Source: a virus
Taxonomy: Duplodnaviria > Caudoviricetes
Reading direction: 5' to 3' (one strand)
DNA length: 63,205 nucleotides
IMG/VR virus record: IMGVR_UViG_3300025118_000012
Location: 1-63,205 of that record
Part shown: positions 39,493 through 49,634 of the stretch, piece after piece
Layout: every line of letters begins with the position of its first letter
How positions within the stretch are numbered: the first letter of the stretch is position 1
The notes under the pieces: model-generated
What the model was told of the DNA's origin: nothing
The model's input: only the letters and a program-made list of their open reading frames with translations
Databases searched by the model: none
Made by a program: the position numbers and the translations under genes

Positions 39493-40281
39493 GTGACGAT
39501 AAAAGACGGACAATCGAACGAAGTAGCGATTAAAAAAGAAGGTCAGTTAGCTGGTTTAAATATTGAACAGTTTGCTGATGCAGGATTTGAGAATGTGGAC
39601 TCTAAGAGTTTAGCATTACCTTTCCTTAAAGTGCTTGGACAATTATCACCACAAGTAACACAAGGTGATAGTAACTTTATGCCACAGGCCAGAGCAGGTA
39701 TGATCTATAACACGGTTACAGATGAACTGTATGATGGTCAAAAAGGTATATCAGTTATTCCATGCTTTTATAAGTTGGAGTACATTGAGTGGAAAGACAG
39801 AGAAAAAGGTGCTGTCGCTCCCGTAAATGTATACACTAGCGACTCAGACATCATGAGTAAAACTACAAGAGGTGAGGACGGTAAGGATAGATTACCAAAT
39901 GGTAATTATATTGAAGAAACTGCGTCTCATTATGTTGTAATTGTTGAACCAGAAAAAACTTCAACAGCCTTAATTGCCATGAAATCTACTCAAAGAAAAA
40001 AATCTAAGAAGTGGAATTCAATGATGATGTCCTTACGACAGAAAAGAAAAAATGGTCAAGGTTTTTTCAAACCTGCTCCATTTACTCAACAGTACACTAT
40101 GAAAACTGTATTAGAAAAAAATAATTTAGGTTCATGGTTTGGTTGGGAGATCGAGTATCAAGGCCCTGTCGGTAACGAGGAGGTCATGAAATCAGCTTTT
40201 GATTTTTATGAAAGCTGTAAAAAAGGTTCTGTGAGAGTGAATCATAACAAAGAAGAACAAGCGCCCAAGACTCCATTCTAA
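39493..40281 (+). CDS. Putative ssDNA-binding protein
   Basis: LPFLKVL, YIEW, MKSTQ, ends in PF; position before primase. Confidence 0.55.
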   Translation: MTIKDGQSNEVAIKKEGQLAGLNIEQFADAGFENVDSKSLALPFLKVLGQLSPQVTQGDSNFMPQARAGMIYNTVTDELYDGQKGISVIPCFYKLEYIEWKDREKGAVAPVNVYTSDSDIMSKTTRGEDGKDRLPNGNYIEETASHYVVIVEPEKTSTALIAMKSTQRKKSKKWNSMMMSLRQKRKNGQGFFKPAPFTQQYTMKTVLEKNNLGSWFGWEIEYQGPVGNEEVMKSAFDFYESCKKGSVRVNHNKEEQAPKTPF

Positions 40282-40284
40282 TTT

Positions 40285-41856
40285 ATGGACGTACTTGACA
40301 AGACCCTGGGGGAGTTTGTACAACTCTTCCAGGGGTCCACTACATATTTTGGTGTTTCCAAACCTACAGGAAAGAAAAATTCTAAAGGTAAGGCAGAATT
40401 CAAACATTGGGTTGAACCTTCTCCAATGACAAAAAAGCATTGGGTGGAACACTTAAAAGGAGAAGCTTACTATGGGTCAGTTCCCATTAGAGACGATAAT
40501 ACATGTAGTTGGGGGGTCATTGATGTTGATCGTTATAATATACGCCATCAAGACCTTATATCCATTATTCGTAAAAGAAAATACCCGCTCGTCCCATTCA
40601 GATCAAAATCCAACGGACTCCATTTAATTTTATTCATTGACGGTGTTGTTCCAGCATCTGCTATGCGTAAAAAATTAATTGAGATTGCATCTGACCTTGG
40701 AATTAATGACACCACTACCGATATATTTCCTGCACAAGACGAAGTTGATTTAAGTCCTGAAGATTGGGAGAAGAAAAGAAAAGGTAATTTTGTAAATCTA
40801 CCTTATCAAAAAGCACACATGACAACTAGAGTTGCTATGGATGATAAAAGTAATTCTATAAAATTAGAAAACTTATTTGAGTTTATTAAAAAATTTAGAC
40901 TTACTCCCGCTGAATTTAAAAAAATTAAAATATTTAAAGACGATGAAACTAAAGACTATCCGCCTTGCGTAGTTAATTTTATGAAAAATAAAGTTCAAAA
41001 AGGTGAAGGTCGTAATGATGCTATGTTTAATGTAGCTGTATTAGCCAAAAAAATTAATCCCGATCCTGTTATGTATGAAGAATGGACTAGAGAAATAATG
41101 CCTAAAGTTTGTTCGGAAAAACTCCACCCGAAGGAGTTACAAAATATATTTAGAGGTGTGGAAAATAAAGAATATGCTTACAAATGTAAAACCTCTATTG
41201 CTAGAATGCATTGTGTATCTTCAGAGTGTATTAAACGAAAGCTTGGAATTGGTGCTAACGAAGCTTTACCTGAAGTTGGAAAACTTCTTAAAGTTAATTC
41301 GTACCCGGAGCCTTATTGGATATTACCTATTCAAGGTAAATCAATTAGATTATCAACTAAACAATTATATCAACAACAATTATTAGGTGAGCAACTTTTA
41401 AACTATGACATTGTTTGGAGACCCTTAAAACCAACTAAAAGAGATCCAGATCCTTATAGAGATTGGTTGGAAGAATTAATTGAAAACAAACAAGATATGG
41501 AAGGATTTGATGCGGTTGAAGAAAGAGACGATGTATTCAACAATAGGATGGCAAGATTTTTAGAAGATGTTGAAGACACCACTGAATTTGATCAAATAGA
41601 TTCTGATAATATATGGCGGGATGATTCTGAAATGAGATTTAAACTAGAGACATTTAGATCTTTTATGAAAAAACTAGGATATAATTGGAATGAAAAAGAG
41701 TGTACAAGATTTTTAGAACAAGGTGGAGCAAAGCCAAAGAAAAAATTTCAAGGCATAGATAGTAGACATTGGTTGGTGGCTCTACCAAAACAAATGGAGC
41801 ATAAAAACAAAGATGTCAAGTTCGCTAAGCCAAAAGCTGCGTGGGAAGACAATTAA
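40285..41856 (+). CDS. AEP-type primase with PriCT-like domain
   Basis: IDVD, RSKSNGLH, NLPY, PPC...GRND. Confidence 0.8.
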   Translation: MDVLDKTLGEFVQLFQGSTTYFGVSKPTGKKNSKGKAEFKHWVEPSPMTKKHWVEHLKGEAYYGSVPIRDDNTCSWGVIDVDRYNIRHQDLISIIRKRKYPLVPFRSKSNGLHLILFIDGVVPASAMRKKLIEIASDLGINDTTTDIFPAQDEVDLSPEDWEKKRKGNFVNLPYQKAHMTTRVAMDDKSNSIKLENLFEFIKKFRLTPAEFKKIKIFKDDETKDYPPCVVNFMKNKVQKGEGRNDAMFNVAVLAKKINPDPVMYEEWTREIMPKVCSEKLHPKELQNIFRGVENKEYAYKCKTSIARMHCVSSECIKRKLGIGANEALPEVGKLLKVNSYPEPYWILPIQGKSIRLSTKQLYQQQLLGEQLLNYDIVWRPLKPTKRDPDPYRDWLEELIENKQDMEGFDAVEERDDVFNNRMARFLEDVEDTTEFDQIDSDNIWRDDSEMRFKLETFRSFMKKLGYNWNEKECTRFLEQGGAKPKKKFQGIDSRHWLVALPKQMEHKNKDVKFAKPKAAWEDN

Positions 41857-43426
41857 AATATTTGGACCCCCAGGTACAGGTAAGACTGAAAATTTATTAA
41901 AACGTGTTCAACGTTATTTAAAAAAAGGATATTCACCCGATGAAATATGTTACATATCATTTACTAATAAAGCTGTGGACGAATGCGTTAGTAGAGTTAG
42001 AAAAAAATTTAAAGAATATAATGAGGATGATTTTAAATATTTTAGAACATTACACTCTTTGGCAAGACAACAATTTGCCGAAATCCCAGTCTTAGATCCT
42101 AAAGCAGACCTTCTGATGTTCCACACTCAATATGGAACTGTAAAAATTAATTATAAAGATAATTATGATGATGCTAAAGTTTATAACAATTGGTCACTAC
42201 AAATTTATGATAGATCTAGAAATATGAAGGTTGATCCTGTGTGGTTGTATAAACAGCAACCTAGAAAAGCTGTAAGACTTCAGCAGTTTAAATCCATTGT
42301 TGCTGGTTACGAACAATTTAAAACAATGGAAGCGCCTACAGGACAACGGACACCGGACAAATTAGACTTTACAGATATGATTGAAAGATACATTACAAAT
42401 GGTTTAGTGATTCCTTTTAAAGTGTTAATGGTAGATGAAGCTCAAGATCTTACTCCTTTACAGTGGGACATGGTAGTTAAGATAGCTAAGCACGTAGACA
42501 GAATTTATATAGCGGGGGATGATGATCAAGCTATTTATGAATGGAACGGTGCTGACGTAACCCTGTTCCAAAAGTTTCCAGGCAAATCATTAGTTTTAAA
42601 AAACTCAGTAAGACTTAACAAAAATATACATTTATTTTCTAAAGGTCTTTTAAATAGTATGGGAAATAACCGTGTTCAAAAAGAGTTTTATTCAAACCAA
42701 AAAGAAGGTAGCGTTCATAAATGGAATTCTTTAAAAAAAGTTCCTTGGGATATGGAAGGTAGTTGGATGGTGTTAGCTAGAATTAATGACGTAAAAAAAG
42801 AACTCCAGCAGGAGGCACGTAACCTGTCTTTATATTATCAAGATGTAAAAGGTAATAAATCATTTGATCCTGGGCAATTTTTAGCTATTGAATATTGGAA
42901 TAAGATTTGTGAAGGAGGTTCTATTACTAGAGAAGAAGCTTGCATAATGTACGAGTATTTATTAAACATAGACCATGGATACCGGACACATGATAGTAAA
43001 AAATGGAGTTTTGCACATCCTAATCAAATGTTTACATTTGAAGAATTACATTTAAGGTGTGGTATGCGTGATGAAAAAGGTCCATGGAATCAAGTATTTA
43101 AAAGAAAATTTAAAGATAAAGACAAACAATATTTTGCTAAATTAACGAAAGAAGGTGTAGATCTTACGCAACCACCTAAAATTACTATTGATACGATACA
43201 TCAAGTTAAAGGTGGGGAAGCTGACAATGTAGTCTTAGCCAGTAAATGTAATTTTCCTTCACATTTTGAAAAGAAAAATCTAGAGGAAAAAGTTAAAGAG
43301 CTGAGAGTCTGGTACACAGGTGCCACAAGATCTAAGCAAACTCTTCATTTATTAGGCACCTATCATCAATATAATTTTCCATTAGGAAAATATTTTAAAC
43401 AATATGAGGCGAACTATGACCAATAA
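41813..43426 (+). CDS. UvrD/Rep-like SF1 helicase
   Basis: GPPGTGKT, VDEAQD, GDDDQAIY, TIHQVKGGEAD, YTGATR. Confidence 0.93.
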   Translation: MSSSLSQKLRGKTIKIFGPPGTGKTENLLKRVQRYLKKGYSPDEICYISFTNKAVDECVSRVRKKFKEYNEDDFKYFRTLHSLARQQFAEIPVLDPKADLLMFHTQYGTVKINYKDNYDDAKVYNNWSLQIYDRSRNMKVDPVWLYKQQPRKAVRLQQFKSIVAGYEQFKTMEAPTGQRTPDKLDFTDMIERYITNGLVIPFKVLMVDEAQDLTPLQWDMVVKIAKHVDRIYIAGDDDQAIYEWNGADVTLFQKFPGKSLVLKNSVRLNKNIHLFSKGLLNSMGNNRVQKEFYSNQKEGSVHKWNSLKKVPWDMEGSWMVLARINDVKKELQQEARNLSLYYQDVKGNKSFDPGQFLAIEYWNKICEGGSITREEACIMYEYLLNIDHGYRTHDSKKWSFAHPNQMFTFEELHLRCGMRDEKGPWNQVFKRKFKDKDKQYFAKLTKEGVDLTQPPKITIDTIHQVKGGEADNVVLASKCNFPSHFEKKNLEEKVKELRVWYTGATRSKQTLHLLGTYHQYNFPLGKYFKQYEANYDQ

Positions 43427-43664
43427 AGATATGTTTAATGATGCCTTCCCGCAGGAGAAGCAGGTGGGAGGAAGCCACTATAAACATTTTACAATTCAAC
43501 CATACGAATTTATTTCGAAAAACAATCTTAGTTTTTTTCAAGGAAACGTTGTAAAATATGTTTGTAGATATATTTACAAAAATAAAATAGAAGATTTAGA
43601 AAAGATAAAACATTATTGTGATCTTGAAATTTTAAAAATGAAGGATGAGAAAAAAAATAAATGA
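43416..43664 (+). CDS. DUF3310 protein
   Basis: QVGGSHY, GNVVKYVCR, EDLEK..HY. Confidence 0.88.
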   Translation: MTNKDMFNDAFPQEKQVGGSHYKHFTIQPYEFISKNNLSFFQGNVVKYVCRYIYKNKIEDLEKIKHYCDLEILKMKDEKKNK

Positions 43665-44248
43665 TATTTGAATTTAATGTACCCATGCCAAAATTGGCAC
43701 AGCTTTTAAATATTGCAGATGCTGAGCAAACACCTATGAATGAAAGACTTGCAGGTAATATTAGAAAAGAAATCGATTTAAGTAAGTATACATATCTTCT
43801 TGAAAATTTTTTAAAAAATAAAATTGCAGAACACAAACCTTTAGAGGAAAGAGTTTACTCATACAATTGGAATGACACAAAAAAGGATATTCGTTTAAGA
43901 GAATTATGGGTTAATTACCAAGCTAAACATGAGTTTAATCCAATCCACAATCACGCAGGTATTGTTAGTTTTGTAATTTTTGGACGAATACCTTACTGGA
44001 TTAAAGACGAACATAAGGTAAGCCCAGGCGTAAAAGCTAGAAAAAATAAGTCTGGTGTTTTGCAGTTTATTAAATTATCGAATGATTTTAAAGAACCAAT
44101 TGATACAATTGATTGTTTTGCTGACGCTGGTTGGGTTGGTAAAGGTCTTTTGTTTTTGTCAAATGTAAATCATTGTGTTTATCCTTTTTATTCAAGTGAT
44201 GATTATCGTGTAACTTTTTCAGGAAATTTTTATTATAGTGATAAGTAA
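43661..44248 (+). CDS. Putative 2OG-Fe(II) oxygenase
   Basis: WVNYQ..EFNPIHNH, HCVYPF, RVTFSGN. Confidence 0.82.
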   Translation: MIFEFNVPMPKLAQLLNIADAEQTPMNERLAGNIRKEIDLSKYTYLLENFLKNKIAEHKPLEERVYSYNWNDTKKDIRLRELWVNYQAKHEFNPIHNHAGIVSFVIFGRIPYWIKDEHKVSPGVKARKNKSGVLQFIKLSNDFKEPIDTIDCFADAGWVGKGLLFLSNVNHCVYPFYSSDDYRVTFSGNFYYSDK

Positions 44249-44251
44249 TTA

Positions 44252-44839
44252 ATGCCAGATGCAATTATAAAACCTTTTGGTCCATGTTTAGTGGAAACGT
44301 CTGTAGAAGAAGACAAAGTAGAAAAAATAAAAGAATTTTGTGAAAAAAACAAAAATTTAAATATAAGAGATAAGTTAGCTGGACATTTAGATCATGAATA
44401 TGAAATTAATGCAACTAAGTTGCAAGAAATAATTCAATTTAATGTGGATCAATATAAAGTAATATTAAATCATTATTATGGATACAATGAACAAAGAAAT
44501 TTAACTATATCAGTAGCATGGGTAAATTATATGCAAAGTGGAGATTTTAATCCTTTACATACACACTCTGACTGCAATTTTTCAGGAGTTATATATTTAA
44601 GTGTGCCGAAAGAATTAGAGAAAGAAGCTGAAGCAAGTGTTGCTAAGGGTATAAAACCTGGTCAAATAGAATTTACAGTAGGAACAAAAGTTCCAAATTA
44701 TATTACAAGCCACCAATTTTTTCCTAAAAAGGGTTCTTTATATATTTTTCCTCATAACATATTACATATGGTGTGCCCTTTTAAATCTAATGTTGAAAGA
44801 GTATCCGTAGCTTTTAATCTACTATGGAGTAATGAATGA
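44252..44839 (+). CDS. Putative 2OG-Fe(II) oxygenase
   Basis: WVNYM..DFNPLHTH, HMVCPF, RVSVAFN. Confidence 0.82.
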   Translation: MPDAIIKPFGPCLVETSVEEDKVEKIKEFCEKNKNLNIRDKLAGHLDHEYEINATKLQEIIQFNVDQYKVILNHYYGYNEQRNLTISVAWVNYMQSGDFNPLHTHSDCNFSGVIYLSVPKELEKEAEASVAKGIKPGQIEFTVGTKVPNYITSHQFFPKKGSLYIFPHNILHMVCPFKSNVERVSVAFNLLWSNE

Positions 44840-46704
44840 CACATCAATTAAATTTTATATACAACGACAGTGATTGGGTCTGCCCCCCGGAGTATCCAGA
44901 TTTATCTCAAGCAAAAGAAATAGCAATTGACCTAGAAACCAAAGATCCAAATATTAAAACAAAAGGCCCAGGTTGGGCAACTTTTGATGGTGCTATAGTT
45001 GGTTTTGCAGTAGCTGCCTTTGATCAGCAATGGTATTTTCCAATTCAACATGACGCAGGTGGTAATATGGATCTTGCGATTACTACTGCATGGATGCAAG
45101 ACATACTTAACACTCCTGCAACTAAAATTTTTCACAATGCAAGTTATGATGTCGGTTGGTTAAAGATAAATGGTTTTAATATTAATGGACCAATTGTAGA
45201 TACAATGATTGCAGCAGCTTTGATTAATGAAAATAGATTTAGTTTTGCATTAAATTCTTGTGCTAAAGATTATCTTGGTGAAATTAAAAATGAAACTTTT
45301 TTAAATGAAAAAGCAAAAGAATGGGGAATTGATCCTAAAGCAGACTTATGGAAACTACCCGCAGGTTATGTAGGATTCTATGCTGAACAAGACGCAGGTC
45401 TAACTTTACGTTTATGGCAGCGTTTTAAAACAGAAATTTCTAAACAAAGTTTAAATGATGTGTGGGAAATGGAGATGGAGCTGCTACCTATTTTAATAGA
45501 TACTAGAATGAGAGGAATAAGAGTTGACGAAGAGAAAGCTTCACTTCTTAAAAAAGAATTTAAAAGTAAAGAGTCTGAGGTATTAAATAAAATTAAAAAA
45601 GAAACCAGTTTAAATGTGGACATTTGGGCTGCAAGATCTGTAGCGCAGGTGTTTGATAGAATAGGTGTTGACTACCCACGGACACCGAAAAGTGATGAGC
45701 CTAGCTTTACCCAAAATTGGTTAGTAAACTGTGATAACCCGATAGCGCAACTAATAAGACAAGCAAGAGAAATAAATAAATTCCATTCCACATTTATAGA
45801 CTCAATTCAACGTTATGCTCACAAAGGCAGAATACATTCTGAAATAAATCAATTAAGATCTGATCAAGGTGGAACTGTTTCTGGAAGACTTTCATATTCA
45901 AATCCTAATTTACAACAAATTCCAGCAAGAAACAAAGAATACGGAGATAAAATTAGAAGTTTATTTTTACCTGAAGAAGGTAAACAATGGGGTTCTTTTG
46001 ATTACAGCCAACAGGAGCCTAGACTTGTAGCTCATTATGCTGCAAGTGTTGATCAACAATTTACAGGAGCAGATGAATTTATAGATGCTTATAAAAATGA
46101 AGCTGCCGATTTCCACCAAATCGTGGCAGATATGGCAGAAATAAGTAGAACTCATGCTAAAACAATTAACCTTGGTTTATTCTATGGTATGGGTAAAGCT
46201 AAATTAGCTAGAGAATTGGGTATTTCTAAAGACAAGGCAGAAGCCCTTTTAAATCAATACAATTCTAGAGTCCCATTTGTTAAAAGATTAGCTACAGAAG
46301 TCACTAATTCTGCTTCAAAATATGGCTTTATTCGAACAATAAGGGGTCGTAAATGCCGATTTGACATGTGGGAGCCTGCTACCTTCGGAATGAATAAGGC
46401 AATGCAATATGAAGAGGCTAAGGCAATTTATGGAAATAATATAAGAAGAGCCTTTACTTATAAGGCTTTAAATAGATTAATCCAAGGATCAGCAGCAGAT
46501 CAGACTAAACAAGCTATGATAAATTGTTATAAACAGGAATATCAACCCATCCTACAAATTCATGATGAATTGTGCTTTTCTATAAATGACGAAAGTGATA
46601 TAGTGGGGGTGAAGGAGGTAATGGAAAATGCCATCGAAAATCTCAAAGTCCCCTTCAAGGTTGACGTTGCACTCGGAAGAAGTTGGGGCGAAGCAAAAGA
46701 GTAA
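44836..46704 (+). CDS. polA: Family A DNA polymerase with 3'-5' exonuclease
   Basis: DLET, FHNASYD, GRLSYSNPNLQQIP, DYSQQEPR, RTHAKTINLGLFYG, QIHDEL. Confidence 0.96.
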   Translation: MTHQLNFIYNDSDWVCPPEYPDLSQAKEIAIDLETKDPNIKTKGPGWATFDGAIVGFAVAAFDQQWYFPIQHDAGGNMDLAITTAWMQDILNTPATKIFHNASYDVGWLKINGFNINGPIVDTMIAAALINENRFSFALNSCAKDYLGEIKNETFLNEKAKEWGIDPKADLWKLPAGYVGFYAEQDAGLTLRLWQRFKTEISKQSLNDVWEMEMELLPILIDTRMRGIRVDEEKASLLKKEFKSKESEVLNKIKKETSLNVDIWAARSVAQVFDRIGVDYPRTPKSDEPSFTQNWLVNCDNPIAQLIRQAREINKFHSTFIDSIQRYAHKGRIHSEINQLRSDQGGTVSGRLSYSNPNLQQIPARNKEYGDKIRSLFLPEEGKQWGSFDYSQQEPRLVAHYAASVDQQFTGADEFIDAYKNEAADFHQIVADMAEISRTHAKTINLGLFYGMGKAKLARELGISKDKAEALLNQYNSRVPFVKRLATEVTNSASKYGFIRTIRGRKCRFDMWEPATFGMNKAMQYEEAKAIYGNNIRRAFTYKALNRLIQGSAADQTKQAMINCYKQEYQPILQIHDELCFSINDESDIVGVKEVMENAIENLKVPFKVDVALGRSWGEAKE

Positions 46705-46846
46705 AGATATAGTTTGTAAAAGGTGTAAGGACACCGGACAAATAGAAACTTGGCACGATGCTTCAGAAAAACGTAAAATTATTTCTGACTGTCCTGTTTG
46801 TCCTCCTCAAATAAATCTTTTTCATCTTCGGGCTGCTGGTCTTTAA
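46628..46846 (+). CDS. Small zinc-ribbon protein (start uncertain)
   Basis: CKRCKDTG...CPVC. Confidence 0.5.
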   Translation: MPSKISKSPSRLTLHSEEVGAKQKSKDIVCKRCKDTGQIETWHDASEKRKIISDCPVCPPQINLFHLRAAGL

Positions 46847-46910
46847 TAAATTCTTCCCGAATTTTTCTTAGTTCTTTATAGTGGTTTGGGTGTTTCCATT
46901 CAAACGTCAT
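46779..46910 (-). CDS. 43-aa hypothetical protein (not in ORF track)
   Basis: AGGAGAG RBS; MTFEWKHPNHYKELRKIREEF... Confidence 0.6.
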   Translation of the reverse strand: MTFEWKHPNHYKELRKIREEFIKDQQPEDEKDLFEEDKQDSQK

Positions 46911-47098
46911 ATGCTCTCCTTGTTTTTTTTATAACCTATTATAACATGAGCACTTTTTTGAAATCCTCCAGAAGTTAGTAAAACAATTTTTCTAAAAAAA
47001 TTATTTAGTAGTACCAATGTGTATAAAATTAAAAAAATGTTTTTTCGGAAAATTTAGAGCGCACTATCCTTAAGGAAAAAATTAATTTTTTGGGCTAC

Positions 47099-47275
47099 TT
47101 AACTTGCTATGCTAAACTTTTTACTTTGTTCAACAGCATTGTCTATTTGCTTCTTTAGGTCACCTATTCTTATTGCAGTCCATTTCATTTCTTCTTCATG
47201 ACCTTCAGCAGCTTGCTTCGCCCATTTGTGTTCCAAGTTCAATTTGTCCTGAACTACTTGTTGTAACGTTGACAT
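47099..47275 (-). CDS. Hypothetical helical protein
   Basis: GGAGG RBS before MSTLQQVVQDKLNLEHKWA. Confidence 0.65.
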   Translation of the reverse strand: MSTLQQVVQDKLNLEHKWAKQAAEGHEEEMKWTAIRIGDLKKQIDNAVEQSKKFSIAS

Positions 47276-47465
47276 CTTTTTTATCAACCTCCTCAAATGT
47301 AAGAAACACTTTGTAGGGTTCGTAGAACCCTTCATCGGTTCCTTCTATTGCCCCTGATTCTACTTCTGTAGCAAATTTGTCAAGAGCAGCCCTATCGCTC
47401 TCCGCCTCTATTATCTTATTAAGATACATATTTTTGTATCTTGCTTGGATGCGATAAAGCTTCAT
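47205..47465 (-). CDS. Hypothetical protein
   Basis: MKLYRIQARYK...IEAE; same-strand cluster. Confidence 0.65.
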   Translation of the reverse strand: MKLYRIQARYKNMYLNKIIEAESDRAALDKFATEVESGAIEGTDEGFYEPYKVFLTFEEVDKKDVNVTTSSSGQIELGTQMGEASC

Positions 47466-47500
47466 GTAGTATTATATATCAAAATAAGTGCACATTGCAA

Positions 47501-47782
47501 CTATGTGGACACTTTTGGTTTAGGTGAGGGAATTATTAATTTTGGCGGTTTTGGTAGGTTTACGGGCTTACATTCAAATTTTATTACTAATTTTTCACGT
47601 TCTACGTGTTTCCTATCTATTTCTTCTGTCTGTTCTAGCCCTTTAAAAGTATTATGGGCCACTCTATAACCTGTCACTACGCAGTCATAATGATTATCGA
47701 ACGTATATCCTGGAATGGAACTAAATGGGCACATTCCTGTGATTGTGCTACAAAGATACATAATTAATACAAATTTTGTCAT
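47501..47782 (-). CDS. Secreted/membrane-type Cys-containing protein
   Basis: KFVLIMYLCS...C...C...GY...IKFEC; AGGA RBS. Confidence 0.7.
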   Translation of the reverse strand: MTKFVLIMYLCSTITGMCPFSSIPGYTFDNHYDCVVTGYRVAHNTFKGLEQTEEIDRKHVEREKLVIKFECKPVNLPKPPKLIIPSPKPKVST

Positions 47783-47785
47783 AAA

Positions 47786-47842
47786 ATCCTATATTATCCT
47801 ATTGTATTTTTTCCTTGCATATCCCACGAAAATGTTTATATA
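47786..47842 (+). promoter_or_regulatory. Divergent promoter region with tandem ATCCTAT boxes
   Basis: ATCCTAT at 47786 and 47796, ATCCCAC at 47821, TTGCAT 47815 and TATATA 47837. Confidence 0.6.
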
Positions 47843-47884
47843 CAGTTCATGTTTTTTAAAAATAATAACAACAAAGAGGATACC

Positions 47885-48196
47885 ATGAAAACAGATGGAA
47901 AAGAAGAAGCGATAACTGTACAAGAAAAGCAGTTAATCACTGAGAAGATAGGCGAAGCTTTGGTTTTAAAACCCGATTGGGAAATTAAACCTAAGAGCGT
48001 TGCTATGACTCATATCTTTTCAGTTGAATTTAATGAGTCAACTAAAGAACTACAACTGGTGGTCAATAATGAAGTTTATGAAACTCTCAGATGTAAAGAT
48101 ATACTTAATGGTAAAATTAAATTTCATAATGGTTTAAATGAAATCATTTCTAAATTTAATTTGTGGAGGTATGATGAGCCAAAATCCAAAAACTAA
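47885..48196 (+). CDS. Hypothetical protein
   Basis: AACAAAGAGG leader before MKTDGKEE. Confidence 0.7.
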   Translation: MKTDGKEEAITVQEKQLITEKIGEALVLKPDWEIKPKSVAMTHIFSVEFNESTKELQLVVNNEVYETLRCKDILNGKIKFHNGLNEIISKFNLWRYDEPKSKN

Positions 48197-48443
48197 ATCA
48201 TCGTCAACAGTATTCTTGGAATGGATAGATGAAATGAATAAAATTTTATCTGAAGTTCCGATGAATAATATAAGTGGTGAAATGGTAGAATATTCCGATC
48301 ACGAATGGCAAAAGGCAATGAAGCAACTTCAACAGTGCTCAATGAAATTTGAGGACATGCCTATTTACCCAATCAACGAAGAGATCGCAAATAGACTAGT
48401 CGCAGACCACTTGAAAGGTAAGGATGAGCAACCAGATCATTAG
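48171..48443 (+). CDS. Hypothetical acidic protein
   Basis: GGAGG RBS before ATG 48171. Confidence 0.65.
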   Translation: MMSQNPKTKSSSTVFLEWIDEMNKILSEVPMNNISGEMVEYSDHEWQKAMKQLQQCSMKFEDMPIYPINEEIANRLVADHLKGKDEQPDH

Positions 48444-48531
48444 TTTTTTATTCTTACTTTTATTAATAGTATTACCAGCAAAACTTGTATTAGCAATTTT
48501 TGGATTACTGGTATACACAATCTTGTTTTAA
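48424..48531 (+). CDS. 35-aa hydrophobic peptide (not in ORF track)
   Basis: MSNQIISFLFLLLLIVLPAKLVLAIFGLLVYTILF. Confidence 0.55.
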   Translation: MSNQIISFLFLLLLIVLPAKLVLAIFGLLVYTILF

Positions 48532-48546
48532 CCAAGGAGGGAAAAG

Positions 48547-49332
48547 ATGGCAAGAGCAGTAAATAATAAATTTTTTGAAACTAGAGATTACTCTATATTC
48601 AAAAAAGTCCGAGGCAATAGACCTGTGGATGAAGCACACGTTAAGCAATTAAAAAAATTAATTGCTGATAAAGATCTAATGGATCCTATACGTGTAAATC
48701 AAAATAAAGAGGTAGTGGATGGTCAACATACATTACAAGCGAGAAAGGAATTAGGTTTACTTGTTCCTTACATCATAATTAATTCTGATGATCCGCTTGA
48801 TGTAGCAAGACTTAACCAAGGTAGAAAAAATTGGTCGATGGAACATTTTTTACATCACCATTGTTCTAGAGGCAAAATGGATTACAAAATTTGTAAATCT
48901 AAAATGCAACAGTATGGTCTACCTGTGTCTGAAACAATAATTTTATTGTTGAAGATAACCTCAAAATGGAGAACGATTCACGATCAATTCAAACAAGGGG
49001 AATTTAAAATTCCTGCAGGTGGAATTTCACATTGTGATAGAATAGGTGATCAATTAATGGCTCTTAAAAAATATCTTCTTGGTATGGATAATACTAATAG
49101 AAGAGTTAAGAGACAAATGGTAACTGCTTATATTATAGCAGATAGACACCCGGAGTTTAGTTACGATAGATTTAAAAATGCTATTAAAACTAAATCAGCA
49201 TGGTTGATGACTGGAACATCAGCACGTGATTATATTCAAATTTTTCAGAAAATATATAACTCTGGTTTAAAGCCCAATAGAAGAATTAATCTTCTTGATT
49301 TCTTTGATACTAGACAATATACCGAAGAATAA
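48547..49332 (+). CDS. ParB/Srx N-terminal-domain protein
   Basis: GNRPV, PIRV, VDGQHTLQA. Confidence 0.8.
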   Translation: MARAVNNKFFETRDYSIFKKVRGNRPVDEAHVKQLKKLIADKDLMDPIRVNQNKEVVDGQHTLQARKELGLLVPYIIINSDDPLDVARLNQGRKNWSMEHFLHHHCSRGKMDYKICKSKMQQYGLPVSETIILLLKITSKWRTIHDQFKQGEFKIPAGGISHCDRIGDQLMALKKYLLGMDNTNRRVKRQMVTAYIIADRHPEFSYDRFKNAIKTKSAWLMTGTSARDYIQIFQKIYNSGLKPNRRINLLDFFDTRQYTEE

Positions 49333-49341
49333 GGAGACACA

Positions 49342-49557
49342 ATGGATATCACTAAATGGAAATCTTGTGCGGTTGATATTGAATCATACATTCTAATAAG
49401 AGCGATGGGAAAGGCAGGTTTTAGAAGACCTGGAAGTATGATCGCTAAATTAGTTGATGAAGAAGTAAAGAAGATAGCTAAAAAAGAGGGTAAGAGTTAT
49501 CAATCAATGAAAGAGAATTTGCTATCTCAAGGTAAGAAGCTCTTGAATGGTAAGTAG
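49342..49557 (+). CDS. Ribbon-helix-helix-like transcription regulator
   Basis: WKSCAV strand followed by two helices (SYILIRAMG; GSMIAKLVDEE). Confidence 0.6.
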   Translation: MDITKWKSCAVDIESYILIRAMGKAGFRRPGSMIAKLVDEEVKKIAKKEGKSYQSMKENLLSQGKKLLNGK

Positions 49558-49597
49558 ACCTGCAGGTTGGATGGTTAACCTTTAATCTGGGGTTGAG

Positions 49598-49624
49598 AAG
49601 GGCCGGGAGACTGGCCCTTTTTTT
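49598..49624 (+). terminator. Rho-independent terminator
   Basis: aagggccgg-gaga-ctggccctt plus T run. Confidence 0.9.
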
Positions 49625-49634
49625 CTTGCAATAT

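Noticed and set aside
48547-49332. Plasmid-prophage partition system
   Set aside because: No ParA ATPase seen; stand-alone ParB/Srx domains have other roles.
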